From an uncultured Bacteroidales bacterium (GTDB lineage Bacteria; Bacteroidota; Bacteroidia; Bacteroidales; UBA3663): 64,000 bases of DNA. Numbering within the stretch: position 1 is the first letter of the stretch; every line of letters begins with the position of its first letter. The stretch lies in contig CAJOLH010000004.1 in assembly GCA_905235375.1 (NCBI GenBank), positions 2,133 through 66,132 on the forward strand, read 5' to 3'. Positions 26,348 to 35,765 of the stretch are shown in pieces. The position numbers were made by a program, and so were the translations under genes. The notes beneath the pieces were generated by a model. It was given only the letters and a program-made list of their open reading frames with translations, was not told the origin of the DNA and searched no databases.

Positions 26348-27931
26348 TTAAAAGCACTGGGCAACGAGTGCATCAGCGCAGCGACCGCCATCCATAGCCG
26401 ACGAAACGATGCCGCCGGCAAACCCTGCGCCTTCGCCACAGGGATAGAGGCCTTGCACGACAGGATGACAGAGCGACAGCTTGTCACGTGGTATGCGAAC
26501 GGGTGACGAAGTGCGTGTCTCGGTGCCCACAAGCAAGGCTTCGGCAGTAAGGAAGCCGTGTGCACGCCGACCGAAGTAACGGAGCCCCTCCTGCATACGC
26601 GCACTGATGAACTTAGGCAGCCAGAAGTGCAATGGACTGGCCACGACACCCGGGGTGTAGGACGAAGCGGGAAGGTTGGCCGACAACCTGCCATTGACAA
26701 AGTCGGTCATACGTTGGGCAGGAGCCACCTGCGTGCGTCCACCATTGAGCCAACATTGATGTTCGATGGCCTCCTGAATAGCCATCATCGCAAGGGGACT
26801 GCTGACATCGATGTCGAGATGAAGCTGACTGGCAAGCAGCGGGATGTCGTCGGTACGAATCTCGGTAACCATGGCAGCATTGGCCCAACGGCCGCCACGC
26901 GAACTGGCGCTCATACCGTTGACTACAACCTGATCGGACTTCGTGGCAGAAGGGACGATGACTCCACCGGGACACATACAGAAACTATAGACACCACGAC
27001 TGTCGCACTGCGTGACAAAACTGTATTCGGCAGGAGGCAGGTACTGGCCCCTCCCCTCTTTGGAATGATACTGTATCTGATCGATAAGTGTCTGTGGGTG
27101 TTCCAAACGGCAACCGATGGCCAGTCCCTTCGCTTCGATGAGGATGCCTTCTGCATGGAGCATCGTGTAGATATCGCGTGCAGAATGACCCGTAGCAAGG
27201 ATGACGGGACCCATGAACTCACGTCCATCGAGGGTAGTGACACCTACCACCTTGTTGTCGGAAAGGATCAAACGCGAGACCACTGTCTCGAAATGTATCT
27301 CGCCTCCACAAGAGAGGATGGTCTCACGAATGCTGGAGATGATGGTGGGAAGTTTGTCGGTGCCGATATGCGGGTGCGAAGCATCGAGGATGCCCGTATC
27401 GGCACCAAACTGGCACAAACCTTCGAGCACGCCCTGTACATTGCCACGCTTCTTCGAACGTGTGAAGAGCTTGCCGTCGGAGAATGCCCCTGCCCCACCT
27501 TCGCCAAAGCAATAGTTGGAGTTTGGATTGACGCACTGCTCGCGGGTGATGAGGGCTACGTCACGACGACGGTCGCCCACCATGCGGCCACGCTCGATGA
27601 CGATGGGACGAACGCCCAGCTCGATGAGCCGAAGGGCAGCAAAAAGTCCACCCGGACCCGCGCCTACGACCACAGCCTGATGGGCATGAGGCGGCAGCTC
27701 ACGGTATTCCACCATGCGATAAGTCTGCTGCGGAGGTTCCTCATTGATATACAGATCGACATCGAGCTGCACCATCACCTGACGCTGGCGTGCATCGATG
27801 CTGGTGTGCTTCATGCGCACGCCACGCAATGCTTTCCGGCTGATGGCAAGCTCACGGCAGATCTGGTCTTCAAGCTTCTCTGCATCGCGCCACACCTGTG
27901 GCAGTACACGAATTTTGATATTCTTGATCAT
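26348..27931 (-). CDS. NAD(P)/FAD-dependent oxidoreductase (COG2509-like)
   Basis: 527 aa with the dinucleotide fold VVVGAGPGGLFAALRL. The ATGA start/stop overlap with radA at 27928..27931 implies an operon. Confidence 0.75.
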   Translation of the reverse strand: MIKNIKIRVLPQVWRDAEKLEDQICRELAISRKALRGVRMKHTSIDARQRQVMVQLDVDLYINEEPPQQTYRMVEYRELPPHAHQAVVVGAGPGGLFAALRLIELGVRPIVIERGRMVGDRRRDVALITREQCVNPNSNYCFGEGGAGAFSDGKLFTRSKKRGNVQGVLEGLCQFGADTGILDASHPHIGTDKLPTIISSIRETILSCGGEIHFETVVSRLILSDNKVVGVTTLDGREFMGPVILATGHSARDIYTMLHAEGILIEAKGLAIGCRLEHPQTLIDQIQYHSKEGRGQYLPPAEYSFVTQCDSRGVYSFCMCPGGVIVPSATKSDQVVVNGMSASSRGGRWANAAMVTEIRTDDIPLLASQLHLDIDVSSPLAMMAIQEAIEHQCWLNGGRTQVAPAQRMTDFVNGRLSANLPASSYTPGVVASPLHFWLPKFISARMQEGLRYFGRRAHGFLTAEALLVGTETRTSSPVRIPRDKLSLCHPVVQGLYPCGEGAGFAGGIVSSAMDGGRCADALVAQCF

Positions 27932-29382
27932 TTAAATAAGAGTCGGAATGCCTCATCAACACGGGCGACGGGACAGATCTGTATCTTGAGCGCCTTTGCA
28001 TCGATGCTCTTGAGTGCAATGTTTGGAATGAGAATACGTTCGAAACCAAGTTTTTCGGCCTCACGGATGCGTTGCTCCAGACGCGCCACAGGGCGTATCT
28101 CGCCCGAAAGACCCACTTCGCCCGTCATGCAGGTGAGCGTGGGGAGCGGCATATCCAGATTGGAGGAAAGGATAGCCGCCATCACTGCAAGGTCCATGGC
28201 AGGGTCGGAGACACGCAGACCGCCGGCTATGTTGAGGAACACATCCTTCTGCGCCAGTTTGAAGCCGACCCGCTTCTCAAGGACAGCAAGCAGCATGTTC
28301 AAGCGTCGCTGGTCGAATCCCGTGGTGGAACGCATCGCAGTGGCATAGACGCTGGTACTGACGAGTGCCTGCGTCTCGATGAGGAAGGGACGCATACCTT
28401 CGATGGCAGCAGCGATGGCAACACCCGAGAGGTCCTTGTGGTCGGAGTTAAGCAGGAGTTCGGAAGGATTGGTCACTTGCCGGAGACCCGTGCCAAGCAT
28501 CTCGTAGATGCCCAGTTCGGAGGTCGAACCAAAACGATTCTTGATGGCACGGAGGATGCGGTACATATAATGCTGGTCACCCTCGAACTGAAGGACAGTA
28601 TCGACGATGTGTTCGAGCACCTTCGGTCCAGCAAGCGAACCCTCCTTGGTGATGTGGCCGATGAGGATGACGGGGGTACCCGACTCCTTGGCGAACTTGA
28701 GGATTCGCGCAGCACATTCGCGCACCTGACCGACACTGCCCGCACTCGACTCAAGGTCATCGGTGGCGATGGTCTGAATGGAGTCGATGACAAGGATATC
28801 AGGCTCGACATTCGCTACATGAGTGAAGATGGCATCAAGATTGGTCTCGCAAGCAATGAAGACGGAGTCGAGGGGGGAGGCATCCAAAGATGGCTGCGAC
28901 TGAGACACGGCAGAAGGTGACGATGATAAACGGGTGGCGCGGAGTTTGAGCTGATAGGCAGACTCCTCGCCCGAACAATAGAGAACCTTACGGTCACGTA
29001 TGTTCATCACCGTCTGCAGAACCAGCGTTGACTTGCCGATGCCGGGGTCACCGCCCAGCAGTACCATCGAACCAGGCACCAGTCCACCACCCAGCACTCG
29101 GTTGAGTTCGTCGTCGTGCATATCGATGCGCTGCTCCTCGCGTGCCTCGATTTCGGAAAGACGGCGAGGACGTTCGTTCTGTCCTGGAAGACCTAACGTG
29201 CCTCCATGACTCCACTGCACGCCACCAGACTTGCGGGAAGCCTTGCCGATGGCTCCCGTATGCGTATCGACAATCTCTTCGACACAGGTACCCCATTCGC
29301 CGCACGACGGACACTTGCCGAACCACTTGGGCTCTTCGCAGCCACACGAGCTGCAAAAATAGGCGGTCTTCTTCTTTGCCAT
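27928..29382 (-). CDS. radA: DNA repair protein RadA
   Basis: N-terminal zinc ribbon CSSCGCEEPKWFGKCPSCGEW, Walker A GGDPGIGKST, RadA-specific KNRFG, and a Lon-protease-like C-domain. Confidence 0.93.
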   Translation of the reverse strand: MAKKKTAYFCSSCGCEEPKWFGKCPSCGEWGTCVEEIVDTHTGAIGKASRKSGGVQWSHGGTLGLPGQNERPRRLSEIEAREEQRIDMHDDELNRVLGGGLVPGSMVLLGGDPGIGKSTLVLQTVMNIRDRKVLYCSGEESAYQLKLRATRLSSSPSAVSQSQPSLDASPLDSVFIACETNLDAIFTHVANVEPDILVIDSIQTIATDDLESSAGSVGQVRECAARILKFAKESGTPVILIGHITKEGSLAGPKVLEHIVDTVLQFEGDQHYMYRILRAIKNRFGSTSELGIYEMLGTGLRQVTNPSELLLNSDHKDLSGVAIAAAIEGMRPFLIETQALVSTSVYATAMRSTTGFDQRRLNMLLAVLEKRVGFKLAQKDVFLNIAGGLRVSDPAMDLAVMAAILSSNLDMPLPTLTCMTGEVGLSGEIRPVARLEQRIREAEKLGFERILIPNIALKSIDAKALKIQICPVARVDEAFRLLFK

Positions 29383-29525
29383 ATCTTATGAAAAACTATT
29401 TACGGCGCAAATATAGTGATTTTTTCGATAACTTGTATAAAAAATGCCCAAATAACCGCAAATTCCTTGCTCACTTGTGGAAAATGACTTATCTTTGCAG
29501 CGTAAACGAAGAAACGGGAAACAAT

Positions 29526-30281
29526 ATGGAACAGAAACGCGCAATCATTATGGGAGCCACCTCGGGCATCGGATATGCCGTGGCCAAGCGGCTCAGTGCC
29601 CAAGGCTGGCAACTAGGCATCGCCGGTCGTAGAATGGACAGACTCATCGAGATGCAGCGCAAGGACCTCAACATCGTCGCCACGCAGCAGATCGACGTGA
29701 CGCGGGACGAGGCCTCGCAGCAACTGCTCACGCTCATCGGTAAGATGGGCGGCAACATCGACCTCTACTTCCACAGTTCCGGCATCGGGTACCAGAACCC
29801 CGGGCTCGACACCGACAAGGAACTATCGACAGTGATGACCAATGCCCTCGGGTTCACTCGCATGGTGGTGACAGTGTTCAAATACTTCGAGGAGCGCCCC
29901 GAACGGGAGGGACAGATTGCCGTCATCAGCAGCATCGCAGGCACCAAAGGATTGGGGGCAGCCCCCGCATATTCGGCTACAAAGCGCTACGTCAATCACT
30001 ATCTGGAATGTCTCACCCAGCTGAAGCACATCAAGGGCCTCAGGCACCTGACCATTTCGGATATCCGTCCGGGCTTTGTCAAGACGCCCTTGTTGGACGA
30101 CGGAGGCCGCTACCCATTACAGCTCGACGTGGACAAGGTGGCAGCAGAGATTGTCGAAAAAGTGGAGAAGAAAAAGCAGATCATCACCATCGACTGGCGC
30201 TATCGCATATTGGTCATGTTCTGGCGGCTGGTGCCCCGATGGCTATGGGTGAGGATGCGAATAGTGTCGAAGGACGCATAA
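29526..30281 (+). CDS. short-chain dehydrogenase/reductase (SDR)
   Basis: The ATG at 29526 (MEQKRAIIMGATSGIGYA) sits 29 nt after a TATCTTTG box. It has the TGxxxGxG-type and YSATK (YxxxK) motifs. The 29142 start in the ORF track overlaps radA in antisense and is an artefact. Confidence 0.85.
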   Translation: MEQKRAIIMGATSGIGYAVAKRLSAQGWQLGIAGRRMDRLIEMQRKDLNIVATQQIDVTRDEASQQLLTLIGKMGGNIDLYFHSSGIGYQNPGLDTDKELSTVMTNALGFTRMVVTVFKYFEERPEREGQIAVISSIAGTKGLGAAPAYSATKRYVNHYLECLTQLKHIKGLRHLTISDIRPGFVKTPLLDDGGRYPLQLDVDKVAAEIVEKVEKKKQIITIDWRYRILVMFWRLVPRWLWVRMRIVSKDA

Positions 30282-30286
30282 TCGAA

Positions 30287-30326
30287 GACGTGGCAATTTG
30301 CGCTTGAGAGCACAAATTGCCACGTC
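30287..30326. terminator. bidirectional terminator hairpin between the convergent SDR and Omp28-like genes
   Basis: A 14-bp perfect stem GACGTGGCAATTTG / CAAATTGCCACGTC. Confidence 0.6.
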
Positions 30327-30363
30327 GGGTTATATAATAGTAGTATGTGTTTGAGCAGAGAAA

Positions 30364-32142
30364 TCAATGCCACTCCTTGGCGACCTTATCGCCACGCACA
30401 ACGATATTCAACCCATGTACGGGTGATGCGGAAACTCGTCCCGAAGCATCGTAATAGCGTGGAGCGGCATCATCGTTCGAAATCGAGCGAATGCCCTCGT
30501 CGTCTTTGCCGAACTGTGCAGCGGTGATAGCCATCGTATTGGCCACCTCGCACTTGGTCTTGTCGCTGGGGTCGTAATCGTGGACGAAAGCGAGAATGCC
30601 GAGATTCTCGAAGACGTAGTTATGGTTGTAGGAGATGACACATTCGTAGGTGTAATCATCACCCTCCCATTCGATGACGTCGCCCCAGGTGCTGTTCACG
30701 CGCCTTCCCACATTGTAGTGGATATACTCGCCGCTTGCACCCGCCTGGCTGATGGCAGGCAGATTGGTCTCGGTGAGGACTACGGTGATGCGGGCGGGCT
30801 GTCGTGTGAAGTCGGCCTTGGCACGCGAACCAGTTACGCGCACCTTGATCTGAAGGTTCTCCTTGTCGGCCTCGGCAGTTACCTTGAGGCTCACAAAGGA
30901 CGTCTCGCGCATACGCTCACGGATGAGGGAGTACATCTCCTGCTTGCTGCCAGGATTGCTGACGGGCGTAATCTCGCCAGGCTGGGTATAGCGATCGTAC
31001 ATCACCGCAGGGGCATACTGACTGTCGTAGAACCAGCACCAGTCGGTATCGAAGCGGGTGGTGAAGTTGTCAGTGTAGTAGCCGGCATGATGCTCGATGG
31101 TGAAGAGGCGGCCCTCAAACTCAGGTTCGTTCACGGCATCGTGAATGTAGCTCGCCACACGAGGACAGTTGACGCACTTCTCGGTGGTGAACTCCTCAAG
31201 CAGGACATTACGCACGAAGCTGTGGAGCGTCACGTTGAAAGTACCTGTCATCGAGTTGTCGCTCATGTTCTCGTCCTTCCCCTCATTGAGGTTGTCGATG
31301 GTAAGGGTGAGCGTGCGCTCGGCAGGATCCATGGTCTGAATGCCCGGGAAGTTCGCAGTGAGCTTCACGGTCTTCGACTCGCCGTAGGCTATGACGGAAT
31401 CGCAATGAACAGCATAAGTGTCGGCAATGCCCTCGATGGCACAAAGCACGTCGAAGCCCGTAATCGTCATGGTAGCATTGTTGCGCACCTGCAACGAGAA
31501 ACTGAACGTTCCCTCATCCACCACGAAATTCTTCTGAAGTGTAATGCCTTCGAGCGTGAGGTCGTACTTGGGCAGATTGTCGCCATTGAAGACGGCTTCG
31601 ACACAAGTAGTATAGTTCTCACTATGGTCAGTCCATTCATCGCTGCCCGACTGCACGAAGCACGACAGTCCGGGCACGCCCTTCTCCAAGGCACTCATCG
31701 CCTTGCAGGTACTCTTCTGATGATAGGAATAGCCGACATAGAGGGCACCGGTTTCTGCAGTGATGGCAAGAGGGGTATCGAGGGTGACATCGTTCCAATT
31801 CTTCGAGACACTCTCGGCAGTTCCCTCGGCGAGGTTTTCGCCGTTGAGGTCACTGCGCACCCAGACGCGCAGTTCATCGACATTCAGTCGGGAGGCAAGG
31901 GCTGCACTGACTTCACGCAGTTCGTTGCCTGCAAACATCTTCACCTTGTCGGCAGAAAGCAGGATGGCGGCACTGGTCCATGTGTCTTTCTGCGTAGAGA
32001 CATTGGCGAAATATTCGTCCGACGTCGAGGGAAAAGGTCCCATCTCGCCAAGGCAATAACCCACATGGAAACCCGATGTCTGAGCATTGCCCACCCCGAT
32101 AAGAGTGAGCAATGCGGTTAGGATTAACGTAATACGTTTCAT
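30364..32142 (-). CDS. Omp28-related/thioredoxin-like surface protein with T9SS C-terminal sorting domain
   Basis: Signal MKRITLILTALLTLIGVGNAQ. EEFTTEKCVNCPRV (CxxC in an Omp28-like context, recalled). C-terminus YYDASGRVSASPVHGLNIVVRGDKVAKEWH is CTD-like. Confidence 0.5.
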   Translation of the reverse strand: MKRITLILTALLTLIGVGNAQTSGFHVGYCLGEMGPFPSTSDEYFANVSTQKDTWTSAAILLSADKVKMFAGNELREVSAALASRLNVDELRVWVRSDLNGENLAEGTAESVSKNWNDVTLDTPLAITAETGALYVGYSYHQKSTCKAMSALEKGVPGLSCFVQSGSDEWTDHSENYTTCVEAVFNGDNLPKYDLTLEGITLQKNFVVDEGTFSFSLQVRNNATMTITGFDVLCAIEGIADTYAVHCDSVIAYGESKTVKLTANFPGIQTMDPAERTLTLTIDNLNEGKDENMSDNSMTGTFNVTLHSFVRNVLLEEFTTEKCVNCPRVASYIHDAVNEPEFEGRLFTIEHHAGYYTDNFTTRFDTDWCWFYDSQYAPAVMYDRYTQPGEITPVSNPGSKQEMYSLIRERMRETSFVSLKVTAEADKENLQIKVRVTGSRAKADFTRQPARITVVLTETNLPAISQAGASGEYIHYNVGRRVNSTWGDVIEWEGDDYTYECVISYNHNYVFENLGILAFVHDYDPSDKTKCEVANTMAITAAQFGKDDEGIRSISNDDAAPRYYDASGRVSASPVHGLNIVVRGDKVAKEWH

Positions 32143-32152
32143 TGATCAATGT

Positions 32153-35100
32153 TTATTTCATGACCTTCTGGACGCTGACACTGCCGTCGGCATTGTTCCT
32201 GCGAACGATGTTAACGCCATTGACCATACCGTTGGCCTTGCGACCGTCGATGGTGTAGATCTGAGCGGCATTGGCAGCCTCGACAGCTTCGATGCTGCGG
32301 ATGGCATCGGGCTGCTTGACGCTGACGATGTTCACATCATCAAGGCGGATGATGTACTGACCGTTGCAGTCGTGGTGGCGGAACAGGAGCAGGATATCCT
32401 TGCCCATGTAGTCAGCCATGTCGAACTCTCGGTACTGCCAACCATCCATGGCACCAGCCTCTTCGAGGAGCGTCTCGCTGCAGACAGGCTCGGTCAAGGC
32501 AACCTGCTGGACGTCGATTCCTGCCTCAGCATCGTACTCAGCAATGTAGAGGCTGTAGTGCTCTGCCCAGCGGTAGGGGCTGAAGGCGGCCACATAGTAC
32601 GAGAGTGTTGCACCGCCTTCGGCAGGCATGGAGATGACGGGCGAAAGAGTCCAGTTGTCGGGTTCGATGGCACCGAGATAGTTGCTGAAAGAGATGGAGG
32701 CCAGACACTGGCTGCCGCTATGGCAGTATTCAGGACGATCGCCCCAAAGGTTAGAGCCAAGATCCCAGGTCTCACCGTCGCCATCAGGATCGGCAGTGGC
32801 CCAACCAGCTGCATCGTCCTCGAAGTCGCCAAGCAGGATGAAGCCTTCAGCAGCAGGGTCAAGGGCTGTGCCGTGGCAGATCACCTCAACATCGCCTGCA
32901 CTGGTGCTGATCACCACCTTGCCGTCGTAGGTGCCAGCCTCCTCAGGATAGAACCAGAGGGTGACATCGATGGTCTTGTTGAACTGGGCAGTATAGGTGG
33001 TCTCGATGCCATAGAATGGAGCTTCGCCGGTGATTTCACCTACGCTGAGCGTGTTCGAACCCGTATTATGAAGGGTTACGGTGGCAGTCTTATAGCGATT
33101 GTAACCTACGTATGTATCCTCGAAGGTCACTTCCGGATTGAGCACCTCAACGCCATCGGGGTTGAAGTCCTGCAGCTTGATGCGGATGTTCGAAATCTCT
33201 ACCTTGTCGCCCTCGGGCACGGTGCCGTCACCATTGTGGAACCAGCCCCACTGATAAGAATGGTTGCCGGGGATACAGGCGAGGTAATCAGCCCAGAATT
33301 CGTCATTGGCAAAGACATCCGAGCTGGCATCAGCGCCATCCGAACCGTATGCCTGCTTCGTGCCGGAAGTCATCGGGTGAGAAGCGGTGATTACGGTATA
33401 GCTGCTGTAATAATGGTCGTAGGAACCTTCCACGACAGGACGTCCCCACATCTGTCCATCCCATGATACGTAGGCAAGCTTGCCCTCAGGAATCGAGAGG
33501 TTCATCTGGAAGGAGGCGGTGGAGTATTCGCTGTTGTCGCCGGCATTCTTGTTGGTGGCCTTGCCATCGACAATAACAAAAGGATAAGCCTCGTTCACTG
33601 ACCATGAGGTGATGTATTCAGCTCCCTCGACCACAAGGCTGCCGAAGTCAGGCATATCCATCACACTGGCAGTAACCTGGGCAGTGAATGTACCTGCCGA
33701 AGTGACGATGGTGTAGGTAGCCGTCTTTTCACCCGATACCTTGGCCTCCATAGCAATCGGGATGTTGACCTCCTGCATCGTAGCAGTACTGGCGAGTCCG
33801 CTGATGTCGGCGGTGAACTCCTCATTGTCGCTTGTGACGCTGGAGATGACAAGGTCGTTGCCGCCGAGGTTCTTGAGTGTGATGCTGCCATTCTTTGCTA
33901 CAGTGCCTCCAATGGGAAGGATGGCATTGCCGAGCGATACCTCTGGCGTGAGCAATGCAGCAGAGTCAGCATTAAGCACAGCCTCCGTATATTCAATGTC
34001 ATAGACGTAGAGGCGGTTTTCGGCAAGACCTGAGTAGTAGCTGCCGTCATACTGGAAGCGGATGAAGTGCTCGCCTGGAGCAAACTCCCAGTCACCCGAC
34101 ATGTCTTCGTCAGCACCCGTGAACGAAGCCTTGGCTCCATTGAGCGTGTCGATGAAGTAACCACCTGCATTGTAATACCAGTAGCTGACATTGTTCGAAA
34201 CACCCTTCCAAGCTACAGTAGCAAGCTTGCCCTCGGGAACGGAGAAGGCAAGGTTGAGCCACGACGATCCGTAGGCGCCATAGGTGGTAGAGGTGGCTAC
34301 CTGGGTGCCATCTTCGAGGGTTACAATCTCAAACGGATACTCAATGCCGGTAGTTGCCGTGAAGTTGCCGCTCTTGATGACAGGGCTGTAGTCGGGATAA
34401 TCCTTGGCCGCACCGGCAAGGTCAACCACGAGCGTAGATTCGCCAGCTCCGTTGTCGTAGGTGATGGTTACGATACCCTCGTATTCTCCAGCCTTGTTGG
34501 CAAGGAAATCAAACGAAAGGTCGAGTGTGCACTGAGCAGGAACGGTGCCACCGGTAACGGCAGATGTGAAGGCATCGTCCTCTGCCTCAAGCTCGATCAC
34601 GAAGTCGGCATCCTTGCCGCCTGTATTGATGAGCTGGAAGCCCTTGGAAGCAGATGTGCCCACAAAGCACTCGCCGAAGTCAATCGACTCAGTGAAGGTG
34701 ATGACGTTAGCCACCTCGGGATTGGGCAGCACGGCAGTGAACGACTTATAGACGCGGATGTTGCCGTAGGTATATCTTGCAAGGAACGCTGTACGGCTGG
34801 TGATGGTGGCAATGGTGCCATCCTCGTTGATGGTAAGGTCGAAAACAAGCTCCTCGGCTGGAGTCAATGCGCCCGTTTCGCTCACCGTTCCAGCTACCAG
34901 CATAGCGGTGTAGTAGCCGCCCATGTAGTTACCGCAAGCCACACCAGCTGTTCCAGTAGCAATAGTTATGGTCTTGGCTTCGGCATCATAGACGCCATCC
35001 ACCGGATAGTCGTACGACTGGAAGTACGAACCGGCTGACGATGCCTCCATATCGAAAAGGTTGGTGAACGTGGCTTTGGTTCCATCGAGAGCAAGACCGA

Positions 35101-35428
35101 CGTTATAAGTAAAGATGTCACCACCCTCATAGTTGAACGTATAGCCGTTATGACACGATTGCGCTACAGCGAAGTAAGGCACCGTATCCACTTCAGCGGC
35201 ATCAAGACGAGCCAATGGCGCACGACGGGCAGGACGGGTTGCTGCGGGAGCTGCTCCGTCAAACAGACCTTCGACGGTGTTTGGGGTGGCCAGGAAGGTC
35301 ACATCACTGGGGTTGAGCGTTGCTTTCAACTCTGCAGCGTTGATTTTCTGCTGTGGAACGAGCTGCTGCGCTTCAGCAGTAGCTGTCAGGCAGAGAACGG
35401 CTGCCAAGGGGAGTAAGATTCTCTTCAT
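32153..35428 (-). CDS. large T9SS-secreted adhesin-like protein (choice-of-anchor D/J-type Ig-like repeats)
   Basis: The ATG at 35428 gives MKRILLPLAAVLCLTATAEAQ. Repeated FG(E)xxVGxxxxxxxxLxNTG modules. Cleaved-adhesin/choice-of-anchor-J-like segment DFEDDAAGWATADPDGDGETWDL. C-terminus IYTIDGRKANGMVNGVNIVRRNNADGSVSVQKVMK is a T9SS CTD. Confidence 0.7.
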   Translation of the reverse strand: MKRILLPLAAVLCLTATAEAQQLVPQQKINAAELKATLNPSDVTFLATPNTVEGLFDGAAPAATRPARRAPLARLDAAEVDTVPYFAVAQSCHNGYTFNYEGGDIFTYNVGLALDGTKATFTNLFDMEASSAGSYFQSYDYPVDGVYDAEAKTITIATGTAGVACGNYMGGYYTAMLVAGTVSETGALTPAEELVFDLTINEDGTIATITSRTAFLARYTYGNIRVYKSFTAVLPNPEVANVITFTESIDFGECFVGTSASKGFQLINTGGKDADFVIELEAEDDAFTSAVTGGTVPAQCTLDLSFDFLANKAGEYEGIVTITYDNGAGESTLVVDLAGAAKDYPDYSPVIKSGNFTATTGIEYPFEIVTLEDGTQVATSTTYGAYGSSWLNLAFSVPEGKLATVAWKGVSNNVSYWYYNAGGYFIDTLNGAKASFTGADEDMSGDWEFAPGEHFIRFQYDGSYYSGLAENRLYVYDIEYTEAVLNADSAALLTPEVSLGNAILPIGGTVAKNGSITLKNLGGNDLVISSVTSDNEEFTADISGLASTATMQEVNIPIAMEAKVSGEKTATYTIVTSAGTFTAQVTASVMDMPDFGSLVVEGAEYITSWSVNEAYPFVIVDGKATNKNAGDNSEYSTASFQMNLSIPEGKLAYVSWDGQMWGRPVVEGSYDHYYSSYTVITASHPMTSGTKQAYGSDGADASSDVFANDEFWADYLACIPGNHSYQWGWFHNGDGTVPEGDKVEISNIRIKLQDFNPDGVEVLNPEVTFEDTYVGYNRYKTATVTLHNTGSNTLSVGEITGEAPFYGIETTYTAQFNKTIDVTLWFYPEEAGTYDGKVVISTSAGDVEVICHGTALDPAAEGFILLGDFEDDAAGWATADPDGDGETWDLGSNLWGDRPEYCHSGSQCLASISFSNYLGAIEPDNWTLSPVISMPAEGGATLSYYVAAFSPYRWAEHYSLYIAEYDAEAGIDVQQVALTEPVCSETLLEEAGAMDGWQYREFDMADYMGKDILLLFRHHDCNGQYIIRLDDVNIVSVKQPDAIRSIEAVEAANAAQIYTIDGRKANGMVNGVNIVRRNNADGSVSVQKVMK

Positions 35429-35584
35429 AATTTTGTTAGGAATTAAATTGAAAAAAGATGAATTCTTTGCTTCTAAATAACAACATCGAAAAATGCGGAA
35501 ATGACTACAAAATATTTTCAAATTCGTCTTTTCGAGTTTTGTTTTGGGGTCACTTTTGTTTTCGATATGTCGAAATACTCGCTG

Positions 35585-35592
35585 CAAATATA
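35585..35592 (-). promoter_or_regulatory. -7 box TATATTTG (shared leader cassette, 1091-aa T9SS gene)
   Basis: The reverse complement of CAAATATA. Confidence 0.6.
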
Positions 35593-35718
35593 GCGGAAAT
35601 CTGAAAATACAGCAAGAAAAGTGGCTTTCCGATTCGTCATTTTCTTGAAATTGATTAAAAAAAACAGATTTCTCATCAAAAATCTTGCTTTTTGTTCGTT
35701 ATTTATGCCAAAATAAAG

Positions 35719-35726
35719 TATCTTTG
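35719..35726 (+). promoter_or_regulatory. -7 box TATCTTTG for the TPR/AraC regulator
   Basis: Lies 40 nt upstream of the 35766 start. Confidence 0.5.
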
Positions 35727-35765
35727 CAATCGATTCAGTACGAAACCGACTCTATTGCTCATCTG

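Noticed and set aside
26558-28348. 596-aa ORF on the + strand.
   Set aside because: It is fully antisense to the FAD oxidoreductase and radA genes, which have clear motifs. It is a typical shadow ORF of GC-rich, codon-biased genes and has a low-complexity, Arg/His-rich composition.
30580-35038. Long + strand ORFs (30580..32121, 32087..33466, 34067..35038).
   Set aside because: They are antisense shadows of the two T9SS cargo genes. They have no signal peptides or motifs, and their composition is dominated by Gly/Asp/Val/His from reverse-complemented codons.
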